A stretch of 64,000 bases of DNA. It comes from Podarcis pityusensis (lineage: Eukaryota). Below the pieces are notes generated by a model. That model searched no databases and had not been told where the DNA came from. It saw nothing but the letters and a program-made list of their open reading frames with translations. The first letter of the stretch is position 1; the number at the start of each line of letters is the position of its first letter. Made by a program: the position numbers and the translations under genes. The stretch lies in assembly GCA_964106645.2 (NCBI GenBank), contig OZ067039.1; one strand, given 5' to 3'. Below are positions 1 to 14,234 of this stretch, piece after piece.

Positions 1-121
1 GCACGATTTCTGTTCTCATCCTGAAGCAAAGTTCTTAACCTGAGGTACTATTTCTGGGTTAGCAGAGTCTGTAACCTGAAGCGTATGTAACCTGAAGTGT
101 ATGTAACCCGAGGTACCACTG
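1..121 (+). mobile_element. Tc1/mariner (Tigger/pogo-like) MITE, right part
   Basis: Ends TAACCCGAGGTACCACTG followed by TA; same family as the copies below. Confidence 0.85.
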
Positions 122-565
122 TACTGTGAAACTCCAAGAACTAACTACTGTAACATGTATTGTACTCTGCCGAAAGTATTCTGCCCTCAAAGGGAGTTCA
201 GAAGTTTCCACTTATGCAGTATGTATACTCTCATTTTGGAAATTGGAATACATTTGTTTCTTCAGTCTGAATTGTGGCAACTGCTGTGGTTATTGATCAG
301 TTTCCAGATACTCAGTTTTATGCTCTAAGGTGGCCAGAATAGACCACATAATCAAGCAATTCAGGGTTCAAATTCCCACTTAGCCATGAAACTCACTAGT
401 TGGGCCTTGGGCCAGTTACCATTTATCAGCCTAACCTATTCCTTCCTGAGAATGCATGCAGCCAACTTCCTCCTGCCCTCATAACTATTTTTTCGCCGGT
501 GGTGACAAACTTTGTTTTTCTGCAGAGCAAACAAAAGTGTTTCTGGGTGCAACTTGAATACTCAC

Positions 566-628
566 CGATAAATGATTCCTTTTTTATGCAGGAAGAACAG
601 CCCCACTGAGATCTCTGAAGCATAGAAC
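566..628 (-). CDS. PRKCA: PRKCA coding exon 12 (alphaE to the YRD catalytic loop)
   Basis: 63 nt, AG/GTGAGT; (V)FYASEISVGLFFLHKKGIIY(R); phase 2-2. Confidence 0.96.
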
Positions 629-2288
629 CTGCAAGAAAAGGCCACCACATTAGATACAGGAATATGAATGAATGAATGAACTTTATTAGGGTCACAGATC
701 AGGATAAAAACAACAACAACATATAAATAAAATAGCAGTTAGGGGTTTTTTTAACTGACAAATGTTGGAGCAAATAAGGGCAAAGAAACAAGCATAGGAT
801 AAAACAGCCGACTAAAATACAAGATTAAACACGGATAATGGATGGATAAAAACTGATAATTAAAACAGATAAGAACTAAAAGCAAATAAAAACATGCAGT
901 TAAAACAACTGTAAGAGTGTAAGAACTAAAAGACTCACAGTTAAAACAACTATAAGAGGCTGCAGAGTAGAAGCCTCTGAAATAGATGACACTCACAGCA
1001 TTAGAAACTGATGTGCAAATATGGTTAAAATAGACAATTAAAACAGTGTACAACAATAAATTTAGAAACAATGTGCAACAGTAAACTATCCCAGGGAGTT
1101 GACTCAGAGCCACCCATGGAACTGAGTTTGGGGATTTTCATGCTGGATTATTTTGAGTTGGGCGATGGTCTGCGCCTACAGATTTGTACACAGAATCTGG
1201 CGACCATCCAGGTCTTCTTCTGATCTTTGCCTAACAGGAGAAATTTTAAGGTGCCCTTCCCTGAATGAGACAGATAAATGGCCAAACAGTTTAAGGTTAC
1301 AGTACCCGGACAACCTTATCTTCTACTTGTCAGGGATGTTCGAAGAGTTACTCAAAACTCATTTCACACAGATAAGCAAAGAACTTGAGCCAATTAAAAA
1401 TTTCCTTTCGGAAAGCTTGAACCTGCTTACCACCCTAACTGAATTGATTAAGAACCATGGGGTCGCTTTCCCTCACATGACATCTGGGACAGGAATATGT
1501 TTTGGAGCTTCCATTGTGGCACTTGCCAAGGAACCGCTGCCTCTACCCATTTTTTGGCTATTTGTGTGCGTGTATGGAAGGCTGCTTCTTGTTGTTGTTG
1601 TGGTTGTTGTTGTTGGGCTTTATTACAACCAGCAAAATAACTCAAGGCATGTGTCAAGAAAGGAATGTGGCCTGGAGAGTGTCCTATGGGCCAGAGAGAG
1701 AGGTCTGCCTTTGGGCCTGGGCTTAAGGTTCCAGACCCACGTTTTATGTCCTTCCTTGCTCTTTTCGATCCCTGAGGTCTCTCTGGCTGGTTACCGGGGG
1801 CCTCATCCTGGAGGGGCCTATGCCCCTTTCTCTCCTGAAGGAGAGTTATCGGTATCAGCCCAGAATGTTACACAAAGCTTAAAAGAAATATAATACAACC
1901 TGACAAAAGCTGTGTGAACAGGAGATAGCATATGTCATATCAGACGATATCTAATTTTTGTGACTGCCACTGTTGCTTAGCTTGTTTAAGAGTCGCACAG
2001 GATACAGATATCCAAGAAATACATTTCCTTGCCAAATGCTCAGTGACTTAATTACACGAAGATAACGGAAATGACTGGCGCCTAGAATGTAATTGTTCTG
2101 AGCAGTTCACAAATCTGCGTAATACTGACGAGCTTTTGGAAGCCAGAGTTACTGCGTGGGGTTGCCAACGACACACCCTAGTAAAGGGGGCAGGGTGGGG
2201 ATGGGAAGGAGAGAGGACAAATATAGCCCTAGAACAAAATATTAAATGACAACTCTGATTTGAAAATGAACAGAGAAAGAGACACTCA

Positions 2289-2381
<93 letters not shown>

Positions 2382-2840
2382 CTAGCACATAATGTGAAAG
2401 CAAAAATATATATCAGGCAGCAGAGACCTGTCACTATGAAATTGTTAAGAGAAATCTTAAACAGATCTACACTGAACACAAATCTGTATTATTATAACAC
2501 AGCAGCACAGACAAGTCATGTAACAATAACGTATAGCTATAATAACGTCAATGCTCTTCTGTTCGGTAGACAAACTCATATTGGCTTTTCATAATGATAT
2601 TTGATTATTGAGCCTGTCACTGAGGGGTGGGTGGGAGCCTCCCCCCCCCAATCATTATTTCTGAGACAAAATAAGGAACGAATAAATTGATATTGCAGTG
2701 TTGACTTTAATTTCCCTAAATTTCTGTTTTTTACAGAAAAATAAATGGAACCAGCGCCAGATATAGGGCAGGGCGGGCGGTTCACACACACAAGGTTCCC
2801 AGCTGGGGGAGGGAGATAGAATCCAACTTAGTGTCACATA

Positions 2841-3195
2841 AGGTAAAGGTAAAGGGACCCCTGACCATTAGGTCCAGTTGTGACCGACTCTGGGGTTGCA
2901 GCGCTCATCTCGCTTTATTGGCCAAGGGAGCCGGCGTACAGCTTCCAGGTCATGTGGCCAGCATGACTAAGCCGCTTCTGGCGAACCAGAGCAGCGCACG
3001 GAAATGCCGTTTACCTTCCCGCCGGAGCGGTACCTATTTATCTACTTGCACTTTGACGTGCTTTCGAACTGGTAGGTTGGCAGGAGCAGGGACCGAGCAA
3101 CGGTGGTTCACCCCGTCGCGGGGATTCGAACCACCGACCTTCCGATCGGCAAGTCCTAGGCTCTGTGGTTTAACCCACAGCACCACCCGCGTCCC
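2841..3195 (-). mobile_element. Full-length Sauria (POM-type) SINE
   Basis: tRNA-like head GGGACGCGGGTGG, (ACCTTT)n tail, 13-bp TSD TTAGTGTCACATA at 2828-2840 and 3196-3208. Confidence 0.92.
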
Positions 3196-4605
3196 TTAGT
3201 GTCACATAGAAATGGTTAAATTTACTTCCCAATTACAGAGCTACCCTTATGACTTCTTTTCCTTATGTCTATTAATTGCTTCATCAACAGTCAAACAGTT
3301 TGAAGTATATTTAGAACACACTGCACCAGAAACTCATTAATTTAGCATTCCTATTCTAGTTTTTATACATTCGTTTTTATTCCTTTGCCACAGCATAATT
3401 AATTTACTGTCCAGTAGCTTATTATTTTTCTTTTTTCTTTTTTTAGAAAAAGAAATTTCTTTTCATTGTTTTGAAGTGGATGCCCCCAGCAAATTTCATT
3501 ATTTTAATTAATGTGGGCAAATCACAACTTTCAAGATTTATTTTGGGGTTGTGTGATAGAGATATATCTCTTACAAAACTCGCTATTAAATTAAAATTTT
3601 AAATAAGCATTACATCGCTTTACTGCATATGCTTACTCAATGACACGTTCAAATCTTTTGTGCAGAAATAGGGTTCCCTTCCCATTCTTAATTCTATAAT
3701 GCTTATTTCCTTTATTACAGATCCAATTCCATCTGGGAGAATATGGAATGAAATACAGAATGTCAGAATGGAACCATAATTCGTTCAAGGTTGTAGCTCA
3801 GAACGGCATCTGAGAAATTGCTCAGAGAATAAAGTGACAGAGTTCACTGAAGTCTGGTGCATGGTCACTTGTAAACTCAGCCTGTGAACTGTCTTCACTG
3901 AGAAGCATTATAAAAACTCTGCCTGTGCTATTAGTTCTGGAACAGCCATTTCACACATGCTGATCACCCGTTGACACCCATCATGTAATGAGTGTGTGCA
4001 TGGATGAACTGACTAGTTTTCTTGCGCATCATCAGTTCAAGTTAAACTGAACATGCATGAGAAAGCCAATGATGAGTTTTATAGGTTTGAAAGATCTACT
4101 GCAAAGGTTCTAGAGGCAGTCATTTCTAAGCAAAGTTCTTAGTTGTTGCTTAAGGCTTATGTCAGGAAAACACTTGACATATGGCAAGTCTAGTTCAATG
4201 ACAAAATGAAGAGGATGGGATTCAACCAAATTGTTCCATGCACAGACCAGAGTCTTCTCACACAATGAGGCTTCCGCCTCTCTAATCCCCTGTGCACCCC
4301 ACACCCCTAAATCTGCTCTGGCTGGTTGGGGAACGACAGAACAGGTCTAGGGTGTGTGGAGGGGGGCGGGAAAGTCTTGTTATGTGAGTGGCCCCTGTTC
4401 CATGCATGCATACAACACTTTGTGGTTTGCAGAATTCCACCCAGAGCCTGTATATTCAAGACTCAGTCCTTATTTTAACAATCTGTTAACTAAATTATCA
4501 TTACCATCTAAATCTCAAAGAGCTCAGAAGTTTGTTGTGAATGTTACTGAAAGACAGTGCCAAGAGTGGTGACCTTGGCAGACAACTGAATAGCTGCAGG
4601 AGTCA

Positions 4606-4878
<273 letters not shown>

Positions 4879-5771
4879 CTATAGACAAGCAGCCCCGGTG
4901 ATTTGTCTCCTGCTCTAAGGAAGTGCAGTCAAATTCTTATTAAAATCTTACTGTTCTACAATGAAGCTATGCTACACAATCAGTTTTGTAAAAATATATA
5001 TATAAGGAACTGCATCAGATCTCAACAGCCAATTACATCTCCCAGGAATATGTACATATTTTTTGATGTAGAGATTACATCTTCTTTTATTAAACACCAT
5101 TAAAGTAACAGAACAATAGCAGGTTGCTTAGTGGCGGATAGCTGAACTAGAAGACCTTCCTACTCTTGTAAATTCAAATTTTAATCATAAAATCACATGG
5201 CCATCTCTAGAATGGCTCTTATGACTTTAAGGAATGGTCTGCAGCATTTTCAGCCATTAAGCAATTAAAGATGCATCTCATTCAGAAATGAAAAAAAAGG
5301 GGGTTGAGCTATTATCCTCCTTTCTCAAATGTTGGCAGTGTGGACTCCCATATGCATGATGTTGAGCTGTTCACTAATGTTACTTTTCTTAGGTGAGGTC
5401 TTGAATACAGATGTTATTTGGAATCAGGCACCAGGCAAGGAATTATGATATGTGAGGGCACTCGGTGCAGTTAAGAGCAGTTATTGAATTCTTCACCATC
5501 CAATACAATAATGGATTGAGAACTCGCATTCCCTATTTTATACTCACTCTGAGCACAACAGCACACCTACGAGGATATTAAGTCTGCTTTTCTGGAGACA
5601 CATGCCCAGTAGTTACTAATTCTGTTTAGCACTGTTCTTCCCTTTATCAAGGATTGGGAACACTGACTCTCTCCCTCCCCCACCCCCCGCCCCTGTGTAT
5701 TATTCATTTGAGTAAAACACAAAACCCCATTAAAATAAGGCACATGAGAAGAAATCATCAAGGCTTCCTAC

Positions 5772-5915
5772 CTTCCCAAAACTCCCCTTTCCAAGCACCA
5801 TGAGAAAGTTGAAATCTGTCAGCTTAACCTGATCAAGGTTATTAGATGGTAAACTACAGCTCCGGTCTTCAATTGGAGATATGACTTTGTTAGCTGAAGG
5901 TCCAAGTCTGGCTTT
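5772..5915 (-). CDS. PRKCA: PRKCA coding exon 9 (V3 hinge and glycine-rich loop)
   Basis: 144 nt, AG/GTAGGA; [48 protein letters not shown]; the hinge (NKVISP, PSNNLD) identifies alpha rather than beta or gamma. Confidence 0.97.
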
Positions 5916-6058
5916 CTAAATAAATAAAGAATATGGCTGTAAGGTTTGCACTTTGCTTTCAAAGCTATGATTCTGACCCTTGTGCAATGAGAGAGGGAGT
6001 AGGAATGAGATTACTAGCTGCATCCTTAACTTCTGAAGTGGGAGCCTTTTCTACTCAT

Positions 6059-6345
6059 AGGTAAAGGACCCCTGGATGGTTAAGTCCAGTCAAAGGTGAC
6101 TATGGGGTTGCAGTGCTCATCTCGCTTTTGGGTTGAGGGAGTTGAGGTTTGTTCACAGATAGCTTTCCAGGTCATGTGTCCAGCATGTCTAAACTGCTTC
6201 TGGCACAACGGAACACTGTGATGGAAACCAGAGCGCACAGAAATGTTGTTTACCTTTCCGCTGCAATGGTACCTATTTATCTACTTGCACTGGCGTGCTT
6301 TTGAACTGCTAGGTTGGCAGGAGCTGGAACAGAGCAACTGGGACA
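6059..6345 (-). mobile_element. 5'-truncated Sauria SINE, second/older subfamily
   Basis: Shares GTGCAAGTAGATAAATAGGTAC core and CCTTTACC tail; 3' part differs from the POM-type copies. Confidence 0.8.
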
Positions 6346-7689
6346 GAGCCTGAACCAGGCAAATGCCTGCATGGGATTAATCTGAAGGTTTGTTCTCAGA
6401 GAAGGAACTGCGCGAAATATTGCATAAGCACAAATTCAAAAGACCCATTCCAGCAATATTGTGGGTATTGTTATAGGTGGCAATAATCTGTGCGACTAGA
6501 TAGAAGCAACTTCCCTCACCTGGTTAAGAACACCCAAGAGAACAATATCAAAATAATTACCTTCATGCCAAAATCCCTCAAATCAATTGATTTGAGAGCT
6601 TCCCTTTCAAAACATGAAGAGTGTCCTTAATAAAATTCATGCATTTAATATGTTGCAGGGTATACAAAACATTTTGAAATGTTTCAGTTGAAATATGCTC
6701 TTCATAGTGATGTTTTTCACAACATGTGACATGCTTTTTTGGAAAGAAAGTCTTTACTCTCAACGGACAGCATATTATAGCAACCCACATTACGAGACTT
6801 ACTTTCTGACCAATTACCACCAACAAATTTGATTTTCAATCAAAACATTGTTCTCAGTGGGAAAAATATTGTTGCACTCAAAGCATTTGTCATGAGATGT
6901 TTATGATTTGCAAATGCATCCTTTAGGGTAAATAAAATTTAAAAGCAGCAATGAACAGTTCTTTGTATAAGCTGCTTTCCAAACCACAGAATGTTAAGAC
7001 AAGGAGAATTCAAAGACTTATCTCTTAAGGAAAATCTCTCCCTAAAATATAACTAGCTTGGGCTACAGTCAATGAATTCATTTTGTTAGCACCAAAATTT
7101 GCACCTGCACAATGGAACAGTCTCTTCTCTCAGTCTGTGCCCCCTGTACCCCACAAACCTGCTCCAAAGGGTTAGAGAAACCTCTACAGAACCCCTAGGA
7201 AATTTCCCCAGATCTTCCTTGTCATTTTTGTGCCTAAAATTAACATCCAATCATTTTAATAAAGAAGCATGAATACTGGGGTTTTCTAGCTGCTTCAAAA
7301 AGTCCTGTCCCGCCCCACCCCCCACAAAAAAATTACAGCGAAAGGTGATGTGTAGAGTCAGAAATACTTCAACAAATTTTCACTGTATCATTTCAGTAAT
7401 AACTTCACTGGCAACATCAGTTGGTTAAATGTAGTATACTCCTCATAAGTGGCATACAAAAAATCAACCGAGACAAGACTTTTACCAGAACAGAAAATTC
7501 TTAGAACTGTAAACTGAGATTTGAGTGTTTTATGCCCAAGTCAAATTAAGATGATAGATAGATTTATACAGGGGCTTAAAATAATAATAAAAACAACAAC
7601 AACAGTAAGTAAAGAATAGCCCCTATTACTTGAATAAAAGGTTGTGTTTAAAGCCACAACCACTACACTAAAAGTCAGTGAATCCTCAC

Positions 7690-8310
7690 ACCATGTCATA
7701 ATGGCAATTATGGTGTTATCCATATACAATCATCCAAATCTCTGGATGACCTCTTACAGAGGCTTTGTACAGATGTTAAAAGGCATAAGGGACAATACTG
7801 AACCCTGCAAACCCCCACAGCATAATCATCACAAGGTTGAGCAGCTGTGTCCCAGTGCTATGCTCTGGCAATGATCCTGCAGGTAGGAGTGTAACAGAGC
7901 CGTTCCAGGAGAATATCATAGTATCAAAAGCCATTCAGAGGTCAAGACGAATAAACAGTTATCATTCCCCTGATATAAGGAATCAACCAGGGTGATCAAG
8001 ACTGTTTCAGCGCTAAACCCTGGCCTGAAACCAGATCAAAATGGGTCCAAGATATCGGTAAGAACACAACGATAATAAAGAGTGTAATCCAGTCCCACTT
8101 ATTTTTGCTACAAAGTTCAGTGGAACCAGGACTGGATACAAAATCTGGAGGAATTTGTAAAGGTAACTGACAAGACAACAGGTAATACTGGGGGACATGT
8201 CTTACATTGCTAGAAGATCTACAAAAGGAGGTAGGAAGCTTTAATTTCCATCTAGACAACCCACTCCCAATTATTGGGGACGACCAATCATCATTCTCCA
8301 AACACAAGGT
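7690..8310 (-). mobile_element. Degenerate L2 reverse-transcriptase fragment
   Basis: Minus strand reads a frameshifted CGV.QGSVLS.M.FNI..KPL.EVI.RFG-like RT motif; boundaries approximate. Confidence 0.6.
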
Positions 8311-11229
8311 TCTTGCCTGAAGCGCTAGCTATTTTTTTTTTACATATTGGAGCCAAATTGCAGAATATGAACTATCACAATACCTAAAATTAATTATATG
8401 CCTAGGACACAGAGTATGATAATTACTGCATTATAGCATATGCCTCATATTACTCCAGGCAGAAAATATTATTTATAGTGTGTATCCCAAGGCTGGCTCC
8501 TGAGCTGTGAACTGAGGTTGAAAAGAAGCAAGCATCCTATCAGTCTATCAAACCTGACACAGTACATCCATCAGATGGGAAATAATCCCAAAGGGTTTTA
8601 ATTGAGTTCAACATAATTTATTAGGACAAGGACCTTCACTTGAATATTTTTCATAGCTGTCCTCCTTTTTTAATAAGAAATCAATATATGAAACAGATTT
8701 TTAGCCCAACACAAAAATCAATAAAGGTCAAATTTTCAGATTTATTTTATATATATATATATAAAATACAAACTTTTTGTGGTATTGGTTATGAAGAACT
8801 CAGAGAGCTTTTAAGCCTCTGAATCACAATATTCTGTCACGCTGTATCACAAGCCAAATCTCACCATGCAATATGCAATGCATGCTGAATAGACTTCAGG
8901 CAGAATACCATGCAATGGACTTACTCTGCCTTAGCCAGAGAAGGTGCTATAGGTAGACATTTAAACAAGGAGAAAAAAGTTGTGTTCAGTATAAAACTCA
9001 GAACACTGCTTTTGCCCTTTGGATTTTCATGTTAATGTTTCAGAAACCAGTGCTTTCTGAAGAAGCAGAATACCACTGGAAAATATACACTTTACAGTCT
9101 GATACCATTTCTGCTAATGGTGGGGTACATTCATAGTCCTCCCCTGGTTCAGCAGCACTTATTAGGATCGCTGATTTCCTCATTCCTCTGCATAACACAA
9201 CTGGGCTTTCAAATTTTAAGCCAAGAGCACAGAAGGAGCGAAGACCGTTCTGGTCTCCTTTCAGGCATGCAAGACCTGTGCAAATTGGCTGGGGAGCTTT
9301 TCATTGCACATAGGATCCTACTTTAAGTGCAAGCCAAAGCAGGTTAAAACTATACATAAAGCTGCCCAGGAGATAACTCTCGGAATTTCTTTTTTGATGA
9401 TTTGTCATTATTAGAAACTCATCTTGCATATTGACACTACACATGTTAATATCTCTTAGTAAAACTAAACGAAAAACCCACAGACAAACTTCAAATGCAG
9501 ATTTCAAATGGAAATTAGTTGCACCACGAAGAGGGTAGAAAAATCCCAAGACATGCACGTAGTCTTACTTTCTTTGGTTTGGACGCACCTTATCTTGGAC
9601 CTTTCTTTTACCCTGTAACCACAGGCAAGTTATTACTTTTGGGCATTGAACGAAACCACTATAATTCTATAAGCAAAAAACAAACAAACCCCAGTCCCAC
9701 CTGGTACAATTATAGGGGGTTCCATTCACTATCTACTCCACAACTCTCTTTGGGTTTTACCTGCAAGTACTTTATGGAGAACATTCCTTCACAGAGAACT
9801 AGCAAGAACATACCCTCCCAACTCAACAGGAGGAGAAAAGTGATCATAGCCCAGTCCTCATGCTTTCTCTGCCAGCAATTTAATCCTTAGAAGGCCATGT
9901 ACCAATAGCACTGCCTCAAAACATGTTAGCTTGCCTTCATGAAAAAAACAGGAATGGGTATCTTCAGAAGTATATCTTCAGAAACTGATATGTTTTTTCC
10001 TAATTTGTGGATTTCACAATTTCAAGAATTGTGTCTGCAGATTCATTACAGACTAGAGGGAGGCTGAGCAGGGTGCTTTCCTGAATTCAAAAGCCAATCT
10101 GTTATACTCAAGCAGAGAAGTAACCATGGTTGCATCCATACCATACATTTAAAGCACTTTTCAAAGTTATGGCTTCACCAAAAGAATCCTGGGAACTGTA
10201 GTTTGTTAAAGGGGTTGGGAATAATAGCTTGGAGACACACTGCAGAACCTAGGATTTTTTGGGAAGGAAGAGCCATGACTGTTAACAGTTGCAAACAGTT
10301 CAAAATTGAACTATTAACATCAGTGGCAATCACACTTCATCCATTGCTCCGAAACGTCTCTCACACACCTTGTTTATTTCTATACAAAATCTTCTGGGTT
10401 CAGTTTAAAGTAACTATAGTCTGGTATTGCATCTTGTCTCCAAACCATGATTTGAACCTGCAGTTTGATGTGGGTTTGCAAACCATGGTTTAGAGGTTAG
10501 CTCGAACCACAAATTTGCCTCAGCAAATTTTACCTCAGCAAACAATGCTTAGCAAAAAACAAAAAGCAAACAAATAATAATAATAAACCCAGGAAGTGGA
10601 AGAAGGAACCCATGGACAAGAATGGGAAAGCACTTTGCTTTTGTGCTACGTTTTAATTAAACCTATGAGTCACACTACAACTAACTGCAAATAGTAGCAG
10701 GACTACTATCTGGTCCATTTGAGAAGGCACAGTATGCCTGTTGTCATAGCAACATGTTTAAGACAATCTCGAAGGAGCTCTCTTGCCTGCCTTCTCTTCA
10801 GTACACAGAAAACATGAAAAATGGTTTATGTGTGTGTTTTCATCTAATACACTGGAATATGAACCTATGTTTTCTGTAGTTTCTTTTTGGCGAACAATCA
10901 CTTCAACGTCATCCTGCAGTTGATCCCTGCATTGCTGGGGGTTGGACTAGATGACCCTCGGGGTCCCTTCCAACTCTACAGTACAATGATTCTAGACTTA
11001 TGTGACATACATCTCTGCGGCTCACTACAAATTACTACTCTGAGCTCAGGAAGGCTTAGGAGATATAAACAGTATGTGACCAATGCAGCAGAGCCCATGC
11101 AGATTCCCCAAAATGTTATTGAGCTTTGAGGAAGAGAAATCAGAGTTTGTTTATGTCCCTGCTGTTGATTTAAAAACAGAGCAAGGGATAATAATAATAA
11201 ATAATAATAATAATAATAATAATAATATA

Positions 11230-11710
11230 TTATTTATACCCCACCCATCTGGCTGAGTTTCCCCAGCCACTCAATACAGCATTAAAAACTTCCCTAAACA
11301 GGGCTGCCTTCAGATGTCTTTTAAAGATAAGATAGCTACTTATTTCCTTCACATCTGAAGGGAGGGCATTCCACAGGGCGGGCGCCACTACCGAGAAGGC
11401 CCTCTTTCTGGTTCCCTGTAACCTCACTTCTCGCAATGAGGGAACCGCCAGAAGGCCCTCGGTGCTGGACCTCAGTGTCCAGACAGAACGATGGAGGTGG
11501 AGATGCTCCTGCAGGTATACAGGACCGAGGCCGTTTATGGCTTTAAAGGTCAGCACCAACACTTTGAATAGTGCTCGGAAACGTACTGGGAGCCAATGCA
11601 GATCTCTCAGAACCGGTGTTATGCAGTCCCGGCGGCCACTCCCAGTCACCAGTCTAGCTGCCGCATTCTGGATTAATTGTAGTTTCCGGGTCACCTTCAA
11701 AGGTAGCCCC
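11230..11710 (-). mobile_element. L2-clade LINE 3' fragment
   Basis: KLQLIQNAAARLVTG...ITPVLRDLHWLPVRFR...RAFSVVAPALWNALP motifs; abuts a (TAA)n tail. Confidence 0.88.
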
Positions 11711-11760
11711 GGGATGGGTGCCTTAGCTATTCTCTTACTAATTAGAGGGGAGGTAACCAG

Positions 11761-11761
<1 letters not shown>

Positions 11762-11815
<54 letters not shown>
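11762..11815. repeat. (CT)n(GT)n microsatellite
   Basis: Seen directly. Confidence 0.95.
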
Positions 11816-13397
11816 ACATGTGTTCAGCCTAGGAGCCAAGACAACAAAAAGAAGGCAATGGCTGCTACTTGGTGAAGATGAGCTGAAGTGAGAAAGACTG
11901 CGCTAGATGGAGTAACAGGAGGAATGCCATAGGAAATGAGTAAAATAACAAGTTTCTGGTTGAAACCACCAAGTGAGGAAGGAGATCATGAGGTGTAGCA
12001 CTCCCAGAATTCCACCTGTTCCCCACAGCAGTCTAGGAATACAACTGTGCTCTATCTTCGGCACCAGAAGGGGATAAAAGGATGCAAAACAGGGGTGGCC
12101 AACATGGTGCCCTCCAGATGTTGCTGGACTACAACTCCCATGACCTCTGACCACCGAGCTGTGCTGGCTGGGGCTGAGGGGAGTTGGGAATTTCAATGCC
12201 CGCGATCCACGTTTGCTATCCCTGGTCTAGAATGATGAATGGCAGGGATAGGCATTATCATGTTGAGGACTTCAGTCCCTGTTGAAAGTCATTGGTTCAG
12301 GGGCTGCACACCAGTAGGGAGCAGAGCAGGAATGGAACCACAGGTGTGTCCCTGTCTTTCTTTCTGCCACCCCTTTTTTCTCTTCCTGCTGCTCTTTTTT
12401 GCCACTCCCATAAAATTAGGCCAAATATACTGAGGGAGTGAGCAGGTTGCCCAACCCTGCTCTACTGGGAGTGAGTGGAGTTGTTCACATGACAGGGAGG
12501 AGTCCATAGGGATTAAGCACTGCAACTAGGAACTGTCATCCTAGGTAATCATTGGAAATTAGGCAAGGGTTTTTTTTGTTTTGTTTTGTTTTTTGTTTTA
12601 AGTTCACAAATCTTCCCTACCCAGAAGCCTCTTTTCAAGCCCGTGTATCTCCCTGGACACCCAGGATAATACCAGTTTAAGTATTAAAGCAGCAGTCTAT
12701 GTTATTTTCCTGGTATGCTTTAATGTATATGGAGGGAGAGATAGAATGTGTGTTAAACATTTCCCCATTGACATTAAAAGTGGAACTTTAAAAAAATCAA
12801 TTCCTTTTGCCTGGATTGCATACTGTGCCTTTAAGCATTAGGAAGAGAAATGTTCCTGAATCAGATTAATGAGTCTCTCGGAATGCTTCACTCACTGTAT
12901 TGCTGCTTCTACCACAGAGTAAGAAGACAAATTATAGCTTAAGGCAGAACAGAGACTACCTGCAGCATTATATGCTACATATAAAAATAATGGCATGAAA
13001 TCACAATTATGTGGTCTGCAGTAATAAACAAACAAACACATAAATAAATGTATGCAGTTCTAATTTCTTACATTAGGATCCCAACAACCTGATTTAATTC
13101 TTAAGAGATGTTTAAAAGGACTTGCTGCGTATTTGCTTTGTTATAGTAATGCACTACTGCCCTCCTGTGGTTTGCAAATTTAAAGAAAACTTATTATACT
13201 CAGTTTAAAATTACAGACATGTGTGCACACACAAACAAACACACTTTTGTGTATTGTATATCTGAAGTATCATAGCGGTAGAATCCATCATGCCAAGGAA
13301 ACCTGTAGACAAAGTTGTTTCATATTACTTCCTGCAACAGTATTTGCAAAAGTCAGTCTTCAGAAGCAATTCACTGACTACTTAGGTAAAAAAAGAT

Positions 13398-13753
13398 AAA
13401 GGTAAAGGACCCCTGAACGGGTTAGGTCTAGTCAAAGGCAACTATGAGGTGCGGCACTCATCTCACTTTTCAGGCCAAGGGAGCTTTCCGGGTCATGTGG
13501 ACAGCATGACTAAACTGCTACTGGCGCAACGGGACACTGTGATGAGTGCCAGAGTGCATGGAAATGTCATTTACCTTCCTGCCACAGCGGTACCTATTTA
13601 TCTACTTGCACTGGTGCGCTTTCGAACTGCTAGGTTGGCAGAAGCTGGGACAGAGCAACAGGCGCTCACTCTATCGCATGGATTCGAACCTCCAACCTTC
13701 CGGTCGGCAAGCCCAAGAGGCTCAGTGTTTTAGACCACAGCGCCACCTGCGTC
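13398..13753 (-). mobile_element. Sauria SINE, second subfamily
   Basis: Same head and core as other copies; 3' region like the 6059 copy. Confidence 0.85.
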
Positions 13754-14234
13754 TACTTACCTGGCTACTTACAATATAATGGGTCATCCACATTCATGGG
13801 TGATTGAAGGTTGATTGGAGGTGGAGGAGAACAAATAAAGAAGCAGCAATCTGTGAAAGGCATTTAAACAGACCACAACTTCTTTTGAAAGGAGCATGTC
13901 CTACCATGTATCTCATAAAACTAGCATGGATAGGATAGTTCAAACGTCTTTTGACCCCTTATCCAGGGAGATTGCCATGGAAAAGTCATCTACTGATTGC
14001 CCAGCAATTGTATAAGGTAATTGGTCTCCCTTGTGGGCAAAGGTGCCAACTCTTGGGGCCCTGGTCCCTTTGGCCCTCCCTCAATAAAATATGTAGGGAT
14101 GTTGCCCCCCCTCCCAATATTTTCTGCAAGTTGACACCCCCTCCCCTCCTGCCTCCTGCCCTCCCTTGGGCAGCCACCTCACCGCTAACTGGGCACCGCC
14201 CTCTTTTCCCAAGCCATGATTTAGCTTAACATGT

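Noticed and set aside
1153-1893. Longest ORF in the track (246 aa, plus strand) as a nested gene
   Set aside because: Starts at TTG, runs through a (GTT)n microsatellite (poly-Val) and MITE-like sequence, and has no recognisable domain or splice structure
2831-3199. Recurrent ORFs containing GAGVQLPGHVASMTKPLLANQSSARK
   Set aside because: Antisense translations of Sauria SINE copies, not a gene family
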